A stretch of 64,000 nt of DNA from Laetmonice hystrix (Eukaryota), in the NCBI GenBank assembly GCA_965235115.1, contig OZ249436.1, forward strand, positions 18,850,001 to 18,914,000, in the 5' to 3' direction. The notes beneath the pieces were generated by a model. The model was not told where the DNA came from, searched no databases, and saw nothing but the letters and a program-made list of their open reading frames with translations. The translations under genes were made by a program, and so were the position numbers. Below are positions 26,101 through 38,100 of the stretch, piece by piece (position 1 is the first letter of the stretch; the number at the start of each line of letters is the position of its first letter).

Positions 26101-29100
26101 GTGCGACATTTCCCCTGGAGTGCGGTTCCCTCCGTGGCAGGTTGGAACCCTTACCCCGATGTGAACCAGCCCACGTTTCCGAACTCGCTGTACCAACTTG
26201 ACCCCGACACTACAGTACGTCAATGGGATAAGGACAATGACGTTGTTACCTCCGAGTTTGATGGATTAAATAACGTATTAGTGACCCTTGGACTAGGCGA
26301 TGAGATTACTGAGGGCTACGGTGTATCATCACCGCCACCTGAGGAGAACGAACCCCCTGGCTCAGACCAGGAGACATATCCTCCAGACGATGGCTCCTCA
26401 TACCACCGACCCGACCACGACCCAGCGACTCGATCGCTGACGACGATGCTCTATGTGGTCGAGTCGTCCGAGCAGCAGTCGACCCCCAAGTCGGTGTTGA
26501 GTAGTGTTCAGCACGATCTGAGTGGGAAGTTACAGTTTCAGCTGAAGGACATTATCCTCGCAGTGTGTGGCACGGTCGCGTGTGTCTTCACTATCTGTAT
26601 GTTGGTCACATTTACACGGTGTTGTTGTAAGAAACAGAAAGATGAGAGCGACGAGGAGCAACAACCTCGGTCGCAACATCGATCAATATGGCGGAGGTCA
26701 TGGAAACGCCCCGTGGACTCTGCTGCGTCTACGACTCAAACACAGGAGAGTTCCACATCCGAGAACGTCACACAGGTCACGATAGAACGTCACGGTGACC
26801 TTGAGAGTGGGGATGATGAGGATACCGGAGGGTTTACCACTGGCAAAGTTCACAAGGACTCCACCAGGAGTGGGTGCGTAAATTCTTATGTAACTTCTTA
26901 TGTCTAAAATCTGTAGTGGGGGGGGGGGGACCCCCCCCCCCCCCCCAAAAAAAAAGAAGAAAACCAAACCTGACGTAAATAGGTAATTCATCATGGAGCA
27001 ATGTTAAATATTATGTGCCCTCGTAATCACCTTGGGGATAATATATTTCCTTGTGCATAACTGTTGCAGAGGATGTTTCAAATTAGCAGTCTTGTAATTC
27101 TACAATAGGTAAAGTTACAATGGTTAGGCCATGGTACATCAAACTTTCTTAGAAGCTCCCCTGTCCAAACTCATTAACGTGATTAATTTTAGTGAAGACA
27201 TGTCTAAATGTTATCTTGTGAAATTTCTTCATGTCATATGCAGCTGATCTCTTTTCATTTATGTTGTGCCAATTTCTATAAACTGCAACCGCAGGAAATA
27301 ACGTTGCCATTTTGATTAATTAACCTAATTAAAACTGTCACTTTACTTGGAGGGGAGATGGACAAAGATAGACGTGTGTGTCCCTCCAAAGACAGCGACC
27401 AGAATGAAGGGATCTTTTGTTACCTACCATTCTCTCTCGCTGTTACATTTAGAAATGAACTCCATCTCATTTCAGCGCCTTGCTCCATTCTGGCGCTAAT
27501 TATTCCATCTCAGATCTCTGTAAACAATGAGCACGTCTGTGATGGGAATAGCGAACACTGCCTTGTACAGGCATTCAATCTCTACCAGTTCAGGTTGACG
27601 ATGGCACGACAAAATGTTTCATTATTACATTCTGGGCCTGGCTTTCCTTTCTCAGGCTTCCCGTAGTGGCTTCCTGGATACATATGGCTTCCCATATCTG
27701 CCCTCTCATATGTCGCTTCCCGTATATGGCTTCTTGTTCTAGAATTCTTTGGCCACATCCGTCTGCTTCAGACCAAAAAGAATTCGGATTGAAGTTAATG
27801 AGCTCCCTCCCAACCTCCCAGCTTTCAGACCGCTCCATGTTTCCGTCTATTTCAGGTGAACCATGTGGTCCAAGGGTGGGGTGGGGGTGGGGGTATCATC
27901 TCAACCGTCTCTCATCACAAAACGTCATTTCAGGTCAGCCCACTCCCTTACCTCTGCCCCATACCCCCTGCCCCACGGCCGCCCCTCATACCAGACCATG
28001 TGCAGGCCTTACGCCGCTCTCAACATCAAAGTTCCTGGAACCTGCCATCCATATTGAGCTGGAGACGGTTTTCTGGGCCCCGACTCGGCCATATGGACAC
28101 AGTCAGGGCTCCATCCGAAACCTCATCATCCGTGCACCGCTCAGACTGCACCCACCGCTATCTCTTCATCACTACATTTGTACCTCAATACTTCCTTTCT
28201 CCAATTCTCTCTCACACATCGCTACCTCTTCATCACCATCTCAATACTTCCTCTGTCCCATTCTCTCTCACATATCGCTACCTCTTCATCACCAATACCT
28301 CCTCTCTCCGATTCTCTCTCACACATCGCTACCTCTTCATCACCATCTCAATACTTCCTCTGTCCCATTCTCTCTCACACATCGCTACCTCTTCATCACC
28401 ATCTCAATACTTCCTCTGTCCCATTCTCTCTCACACATCGCTACCTCTTCATCACCATCTCAATACTTCCTCTGTCCCATTCTCTCTCACACATCGCTAC
28501 CTCTTCATCACCATCTCAATACTTCCTCTGTCCCATTCTCTCTCACACATCGCTACCTCTTCATCACCATCTCAATACTTCCTCTGTCCCATTCTCTCTC
28601 ACACATCGCTACCTCTTCATCACCAATACTTCCTCTGTCCAATTCTCTCTCGCACATCGCTACCTCTTCATCACAATAATCTCTCTCCTTCCTCTATCTA
28701 GTTCTCTCTCATGTTGGCCATGTCTGAGAATATAGAAGTTAAATATCAATGGAAGAAACTAACGATGCTTAGAGTTAACGGCGACGAGAAAGCAATTTAA
28801 GTGCCATCTTCTGCCATCGGCATCATATCGGATACTTATTTGTGACAGTTGTACGGTAGACTAGAGTATCAGTGGATTCACAAGGGAGGGAGCCGTGTGG
28901 CTGTCCTTTCAGTCAGCGCTCCTACAATCGCCAGCACACGACCGCACACTATTCTGGGTAATTACATTGTCCTTGGCGGCAGTAATGAGAAAACGAAGGT
29001 AATCACGAGTGTCATTCACGTGATATTGGCTTCAAGGGATTCCGCAACACGGACTACATGGGGGGCCACGTGGGAATAGGGGCCACGTGGGGGGAGAGGG

Positions 29101-32100
29101 TTAGACGGAGGGGCCACGCCAAAATTAGTTCTTACTGTTGCTTATTTCCAACCTGCCCTCATTCCAGGTAAATATGGTGACACAAAAACTCCAGTCAGGA
29201 CACTGGCGTGGTTCAAACAAGAATTCCGAGATCAGGAGTGAATGTCACTGGCGGCCGCTAGGACGTCAGCTGGCGCTGTAAACAGCTGGCTCTCCCCTGT
29301 TCCGTGCGTCACACAGTCCGTCACATCTGCCACACACAACCATTCTTGTCGTTGAGGGAGACAAAGCAATGCTCCCGGACATACCTTGACCCAACACCTG
29401 ACCTCCGCGATCTCGGGTTGACCTCAACAGTCCATCTAAATCTCTCAGATTTATCCAAAGTTTGAGTCAGGCACATTTCCGATCAGTCCCGTAACTAAAC
29501 ATAGGGAATTGTAGTTTACGAATCTCCCACCAGGTGGCTGGTATTTGAACCATAGCTAAATTTTGTAGGCGTAGGGTGCGCGGGAGTATGTCAACTTCAT
29601 TGTCTCACAGGAATGAATGACCCTTGTCAACGTTAAGCAAGTTATCAGTCACATATTTCCCGCTCCAGAGCAGTGAGTGTTAGATTAGACATAGTTAGAA
29701 TAGATGAAGTGGTTTTAGCATAGCATTTACTCTAGTCAACGAGTATAGAATACTCGTTGCTCTAGTTGAGATGAGCGAGGCAGGGCTAACAAGGGGCTCT
29801 AAGTCACGTGACATGGCGTGTGGGCCACGCCACCTGGCGGGGGTCAGTCAATGTTGGTTTGGTCCTGGCTTCTGTTCAATTTATTTACGTACGTCTTTCC
29901 AACAACCAAGGTCACAACATCGAGATGTGCCGGTGTGGGGGGGGGGGGGGATGGGAGCTGAGGGAGTATCCAGGGAAAACCCTGGACCTGCAGCAAGTAA
30001 CTAACAAACTCTATCACAGATGTTTCAGACGGGATTTTATTGAAGATCAATGCTTGAGACTTTTTAAACAGAGAGGTCAAAAGTCAGGTAGTGACCACCA
30101 ACGAGTGGTCATCGTTCCACAAACAGTGGTCACTCATTGGTGACGTTGGTGTTTGTGGCGCGTGACTCCTCTCTAAGTGAACAGCTGGTTCAGTCTGCTA
30201 GAGACTGTGACCGTATTTACATAAAACCATGGTATAAAATAATATAAGACTGTCGTCACAGGCGTGTGGACAGAAGGAGAGAAAACATCTGTGGACCAGA
30301 CCAGATGTTACGTGTACTTTCTAAAGCCTCTCTCTCCTCGCCCACCACACTGAACTGTGTGACACTCGTCTCCCCCTTCAGCCCTCCAGACTCCCTCGTG
30401 ACCAGTCGAAAATAGATTGGTCGCTGGCCAGACTAGGTTAGACCAATCAAGTCTATATTATCGGCTCCGTTATGTAACGACCAGAGTGACAGATTTAGGT
30501 CACACGTGGCTCAGATTACGTAACATAAACACGCTGCCCAGGACATGGCCACGACTGCCTCCGTCAGGATGTATGTCATTGTCCAGGTTTGCACTGGTCC
30601 ATGCCGACCGGGGCTAGCGTGGCAATGGTGGGAGTGCCAACAGGGGAATGCCAACCGTACCAGCTGGTGGTGGTCAGTCCGTGTCACGGTTCGACCTGTC
30701 ACATTCACAGCTCATCCCTTGTTATCTAAGGCCACAGTTAACCTCCTGCGCTAACTGTGTGAGGAGAATCATAAAATAGTCACACCTCCACGACCCTCTG
30801 ACCTTCTATGAGTCTATTATTCCGACGTCTGACGAGAAACGCTGACCGCAGCCACATCATTACGGCAATCGGCGTTTCATGCATGGCCGTTTTTCAAGAA
30901 CTCCCAGGCTTCCCCAATTATCCCCTCCAAGTTTTCTGGGTGTACTTTTTGTTCAACATGTCTAGATCTAAGCAAGCCCAATCCAAAGTCCTTCAACTCC
31001 CCGCAAAAGGTGACCTCCTTCAGGAAAGCCTGTCCATGTGTCTTTCCCCACAGGTGATTGTGACAGGACATGATCTGAAATCACCACTCTGACAGGACAC
31101 TGTCGGCATCACCGGATGGTGATCAGGTGAGGGATACAGTTCCCCCTGGTGGCAAACAGCGGAACTAAAGTCGGACGTAGATCCCGTATCTGATCCTGGG
31201 ACACCGCGCGTCTACCATAATGTACCCTGCGACGATCTCATGTCAGGTGTGTCTGGACGGACACATGACGCTACAGGTAAAATTATACCTGTCCGCCAGG
31301 TGTGTAACCTCCACTGGGAGGGAGTCACAACGGTTCGGAGAGTGTGCCAGGTAGACACTCAGCATTCAGAGGTCCTTTCAGAGGTGTTCACACCTGCCTG
31401 GAGAGTGTCAGGTGTACACTCCTCACTCGGAGGTCCTTACACCTGCCTGGAGAGTGTCAGGTGTACACTCCTCACTCGGAGGTCCTTACACCTGCCTGGA
31501 GAGTGTCAGGTGTACACTCCTGACCTGACTCCTGACCTTTCAGAGGTGTTCACACCGGCCTGGAGAGTGTCAGGTGTACACTCCTCACTCGGAGGTCCTT
31601 ACACCTGCCTGGAGAGTGTCAGGCGTACACTCCTCACTCGGAGGTCCTTACACCTGCCTGGAGAGTGTCAGGTGTACACTCCTCACTCGGAGGTCCTTAC
31701 ACCTGCCTGGAGAGTGTCAGGTGTACACTCCTCACTCGGAGGTCCTTACACCTGCCTGGAGAGTGTCAGGTGTACACTCCTCACTCGGAGGTCCTTTCAG
31801 AGGTGTTCACACCTGCCTGCAGAGTGTCCACCAGGTGTGTCGGTTAGAGTACCGGACTCCAACACGTCGGTGAGCCACGGCCCTTCCGGGCGTGCTGCTT
31901 CACGTTCTCAGTAATGGCATGATGCCCTGCATCAGTTTAATAATGAACCCGTCAAAAACTATGTATTCTAAACATGAAGGTAACATTAAATCAATAAATA
32001 AAATATTTTTTAAAATGTCTCAAAATTCGACGGTCGGGAACGGGACCTGCGACTGGAAACTCGGCTTGCAGAACGATCGGCGGTGGTGCCCTCACGCGGG

Positions 32101-35100
32101 GAGTCGGGGAACCAGTCAGGATAATGATGATGGTGTCTGTTACCTGGGGCGGTCAGTTCCAGCCAGACTGATTGTCATTCTCAGGTGTACACAAGGTAAC
32201 CAGGTGGGATAATGATGGGGCCACACCTGGTGAATATCATCCCCAGTCAGTCTCACAAAGTCATGATGTTTACACATTCTCATCGTTAAAAAAACTGAAC
32301 TGACTCCAGCTGGTTGGAAACCTGTGACTGGTTAAATGTAGGTTAATGTGAGCGTTTAGCATGAACCATACCTGTGACCGGGGGTCAGAGGGACGCTGGA
32401 CGCAGATCGCCTCTTACCTCTCTCGTCACACACTCAACACCAGACACATGAAACAGGTGTCCTGAATACAACCACCAGACACATGGAACTTAAATATTAC
32501 ACCGGACAAGTGGAACTTGTGCCTTGAGTATTACACCGGACAAGTGGAACTTGTGCCTTGAATATTACACCAGACAAGTGGAACTTGTGCCTTGAATACG
32601 ACACCAGACAAGTGGAACTTGTGCCTTGAAAGACTACATCAGGCAAGTGGAAAATGTGCCTTGAATACATCAGACAAGTGGAACATGGGCCTTGAATATT
32701 ACACCAGACAAGTGGAACTTATGCATTGAATAACACACCAGACAAGTGGAACGTGTGCCTTGAAATACTACATCGGACAAGTGGAAATGTGCCTTGAATA
32801 CGACATCAGACAAGTGGAACATGGGCCTTGAATACGACACCGGACAAGTGGAACATGGGCGTAGAACCTCCAGACAAATGAAACATCAGCTTTGAGTTTA
32901 CTATTGCAGACAAATACACCTACACCCTGAATGGTTTGCAATCTATGGAAGGGGGGAGCCCCTCCCCCTCCTTCCTACACACGGCCTAAGTTTAAAATGA
33001 CATTGGTCGCCAAGGTAGGGCCGGACATGTCGACTATGGCATACCGACACCGTGACCTTTGACCTCTCCCGGTGAGAGCAATCATATCATGTACGTATCC
33101 TCCTACCACTACAACCCCCCAGCCTCCACCCCCCCCCCCCCCACACACACACATGTATGTACTCGTACAATGTATACCTGTTGCTCCCTCCCCTCCAGAT
33201 TACATCTCACCTTGTGATTGCTCCAGGCACAGCAGCCGCAAGGGTCGTGAGAGTGCAGACAGTAAGAACGCTCTCTCCGTACGGGACCGTATCAAGGCGT
33301 TCGAGGTCAGCAAACCTGACCTCCAGGAAGTCAAAGTTCGCGAGGGCGCCAAGCCCAGGAAAAATAAACCCACCAGTAAGGCGTTTGAAGAGTTTGAGAG
33401 CAAGGGCATCCTCATAGGATTTGTAAGTACCAGGACATTATTGGTAAATGTCGTCCCCTCCCAGTAATTATTAAACTTCATGACTGATCACCAAACCAGA
33501 TTCAATTTTGTATTCTAAAATATTCAATAGGACCCTCCCCCTAATTATATAGAATTTATTAAATTTCCGGAACTGATTATGATTGTGGTAGTGGTGAATG
33601 AGGGGAACACAACTGACGCGATGCTTCGCGATTATGGAAATCTAATAATGATCTTCAGTGAGTGTGAACACACCTGAAGCTGCACGTCGCTGAAGCTTCA
33701 GGTGTGTTCACACTCACTGAAAACCATTAGGAGCTTTTCAGAATCGCGTCGCATCGCATCATGTCTGTTCACCGCTTAAGAAAAATATATCTCTATTACA
33801 GCTACCAAACCTAACACTAACTTCTAGTCCCGGTCCCCAGACCTCTCTGCCCGTAACCCCTACCCCTACACCCCAACCCCATTTCACATGGGAGTAACAT
33901 GCCCCTTACATACGTGTTACAGGGGGGCGGCCCGCGCAGACGCCGCGGAGAGGATGGCGAGGACGAGGACGAGGCTGAGGACCCGGATGGCGGCGGTGGG
34001 TCACGTGACTCGCCCACCCTCGGTATGGTGTTACCGAGTCCGACATCAGGCCTCAGTCAGGAGGACACGCCCACCTCCAGCAGGTGAGAGACGCCGCAAC
34101 CCGCAACCCCCCCCCCCCCCCCCCCCAACCCACTTACCCGCCAGTGTTCGCTGTGGTTCTATTGACCCTCCCTTTCTACGTGTCAAGATCATGTCACCAG
34201 GAGGACAGCGTTTTAAACCCCAATCCTGTTGACCCAGTTGACCCACAACAGGACCCTCAGACTGTGGGTTTCGTTGAGCCTGCTGTCTTACACGTATCTC
34301 CAGGTAACTGATGCTATAACCGCTAACAGATTCTCACACAGATTAACGTGAAACGCTAGATGATTCGTGGAAGGTATGCTAAGAGCTACGAGTCGGGCAG
34401 GTGAACAGCGGAGTTGTGACAATGTCCCAGTCTCTTTGTCTGACTGTGTCACAAGTCAGGCAGAGAGATTGGGACATTGGCAGCCGCGCCCCCTCCTAGC
34501 GCCATTAAAATTTTATCACGGGAAATATAAATGTCACATGCAAATTATGTGAGCGTGGCTGGCCGTGACCCAGATGCTGGTGTGTGGGGGCGGTACAGTA
34601 AATATGGGATGGCCCCTGTGAGTCTGAACGCAGTAGGACATTTATGGAACGGACCCTGACAGTGACTGTGTCCGAGATTTCCATCCCAACCACCCAGTGC
34701 CCGTGTAGACTGACAAAAACCTTCCATGCCTTGTGAGGTCAACTGGCAGATATAACCGCGGTACATCAGTGGTTAAAATACCTGTGGGTTCAAACCTTGC
34801 TTTCCCTACTCTTTCGACCCTGGATATGAAAGTGGTGATATAACTGGATCTGGATATGAATCTGAATGAAGACCGTGGTTATTTTCGGATTATTTCAGAG
34901 GTCTGGATGAGGATGAAGGCGTGCACACGATGGAGAGTGAGGAGGATGAGCTGTCAGCCGTTCAGAGGAACACAGACATTCTCAAGTCGGTAAGTTACCG
35001 GAGTTTTACTCAAGTCGGCAAGTTACCGGCGTTTTACTCAAGTCGGTAAGTTACCGGAGTTTTACGACATGGACTGATGCCGGTAGCAGTCAGTCAAATA

Positions 35101-38100
35101 ACAGACAGCGATACAGAAATTGACGTGTTAATAAATCTGTTTTCATACGGACTGAGTGAGTGATTGAGTGAGTAATGGTGGTTTTATGCTGCGTCGGCAT
35201 CTAATGCCATCTTCACAGCGAAAACAGAGTTAGAATACTGAAGAATAAAAGGGGCCTATTTTATCCCGGGTTACAACACGACCCAGAAACCCCAAACGGC
35301 AGGTGGTAACATTAGATGAATGCCGCTGTATTAACTTTCCTTTTTTTCTGTTTCAGTTCCGGAGAGCTCCTCCCCCGAAGAATCGGTCCAAAGCGAGGAG
35401 ATCTGGACGAGGGAGGAGACCGCTGCGACAGGTGGGAGTTTCTTTCATTGATTCCACATAGTAATTCTTTCTGAGGCTTGTTCAGTAGATGTTAAGGGAT
35501 GACACTGAGACTGACTCAACATCAGCCAGGTCTTGGTTTGTTTGTGGTGGTGGTGGTGGTTGTTGACCAACTTCAGGACAAGAAGTCTTTCTTCCATTTA
35601 TTCAGTCCCTTTGGGTGAAGACGGTAATGAAGACGATGATGAGATAATAGAAGAAGAAACCCGCACACTAGGGCAATGTCCTAACTCAGTTCAATAGGTT
35701 TCACGAAACAGTTACCCTGAATCAGCACAGTCTTGGTTTGTTTGCAGGACTTGAGCAGCTCGGAGCAGATTGCGGAGGAGCCCAGCAGTGGAAGTTTCGG
35801 AAGTCGACCGACCAGTGGAATCAACAGTCCCGAGACTTCAGCGACCCCTGACGAAGAGGAACACGACTCGTTCGAGGCCAGCCTACACATGCCGACGACC
35901 GAGTCGCTGAGTGCTGCGAGGTCTTCAAGCATCAGCCAGACTCCACAGAGTTCGCTGGACAGCATGGACAGTCCTAAGAGACAGGCAAGTCTCAGTAGTA
36001 GGGACAGTCCTCTTAGGACGAGTCTCACTGACAGCCCCAAACGTCAGGGCCTCCTCGACAGCCCCAAGTGGCCTCCCAGGGAGAGCCCCAAGCGGACTCC
36101 TCCAAGGATGACGGACGTGGAGAGTCCGACCACCGGTGTCGCTAGTGTCCGTCCAGGGGTTGGTGTTGGGGTGAGTCCGGTGTGTGGTACCGGTGGCGAC
36201 TTACAGTGGCAGCAGACACAAACACAGAACGGTCACACTGAGTTTAGTCTCACCATTCCCAAGGAGTTCCAGCAGCAGCGACTCGGAGGCCACCTCACCC
36301 CAGAAACAGGATTCTCTGGCGTCAAACCACATCGACCAAAATCTTACCACATAGACGTGGCAACCAGTCGCGCTGACCCACACATACCTGTTGAGAAATT
36401 CCGCCCCATTCGTCCATTTTCACACGTCCAAATCGAGGCTGACCCTGGCACGAGTTCACAAAGAGACAGTACTGGTTCTCAGGACAGGAGGTTGCACGAC
36501 CAACCCAAGTCTCAAGAGAGGTCACATGACTCGAACAGGTCACGTGACCCCAACAGGTTACACAGTAAGAGACCACACGAGTCTATATCTCGCTCACATG
36601 GACACTTGGCTCGTAATACGACTTCTCCTATAGGCCGCGGAGTGCCCTACCTACCACGGTCTGGGTCCCCTGCAGCGCTCCGACGCTGGGATAGTGAATA
36701 TTCTTACCTAAAGGATGATGTAGATGGTGAAAGTAAAAGTAGAGACTATAGAACCGACTCAGTGGGCTCCACCCCGGAATACCGCCCTGTGGGCCGCTCC
36801 AAGACGGACAGACACAAGTTAAGGTATGGTCGTTATATCACACAAATTATACTGCGACAACAGGCTTTAAATATCTGCACTAACGTTGGGTTTCTACATT
36901 AAATACAACAAACAAAAGTTTTGAAACTATCTTGTAATAACCTCCCATAAAAATCTCCTCTCAGTAGAGGAATACAGCATGGTTGACCGGTGGAATTATT
37001 TTATCTCACAGACCCAAGGAAGATTCTCGAGTCAAGGAACATCCCCATTCAGAGAAACTGGAGAGGAAGGTCTTGTAAGTACTTCTCTATGTTTTCTGTC
37101 CTTTCACGTAGAGAATCAACGACACCAGAGAATGACTCCGGTCCACATCATCTCACACGTCTTTGGTCCTTTGTGAGGGACCTGATAAGTGACCCATCTA
37201 GTCGGCTCTAATGGTCGTCATGCCAATCAGATCCAGACACTGTTGTCATGACAACCATATAAAAAACAGATCCTCAGGAGAAATAATGACCCATCTAGCT
37301 TTATCAGTGGTCGTCATGGCAACCAAGACCTGTCTGTTACCGGGTTCAGTGTAGTCTGTATTCAGTGTAAAGACTAAAGAAGGTAATTTTCCCACACCGG
37401 TTAACAGTGAGTGGGGTTTGCCGTCAGGCACCCCCACCCCCCAATTAGAGCCGATATATGTTGGCTGTAGATGCCATTCTATAGGTCTGTCTGTGATGGA
37501 GCATCATGACCTCCTGGGCTGACCCCTGACCTGACCTGAGGCGTGCTGCCCCTCCCTGCATGGTTGGTCGTACCTGAGGCATTTGCTGGAGACATCTGTT
37601 GATTCTACCATGTCTCGGTTTGTTTGTGTCCTACTGCTTCTATGGAAAGACGTATGTTCCTGGTGGTTTAATTTACAAACTTGAGACAGAACAAGGAATT
37701 TATTAATTACCAGTCCATGTCACTCTCAGTTGATAAGCATGTTTTGATGAGGCATGTGGAAGTTTTTGATGAGTAATGGTATGTGTTTCTTTGTTACCAG
37801 TTTACCCACAGAATTCTGGTAAGGTCAATCTAGCAATAAATTAATACCAAGCTCAAGTAGAGAGTCAAGTGCATAGCTTTGTATGAATGAACAAGTTTTT
37901 CTAGCTTAATGGCATTAATTTAGATTACATTATGTTGTATTCTGGGGCGAAGGGCGATGGCAAAACTAGGTCCTTCAATAAATCAAAGTAAATACATTCA
38001 AGATATTGATGAGTAACCGGTAACCATCCCTGATCATTCCGGCGCTGCAGTACTTCACTTCATTATTTTATATAATTTTTATATTAAAAAAAAATTATTT

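Noticed and set aside
27666..28735. ORFs of 185-337 aa
   Set aside because: Largely the 56-bp pyrimidine-rich repeat; the unique part shows no recognisable protein or convincing exon chain.
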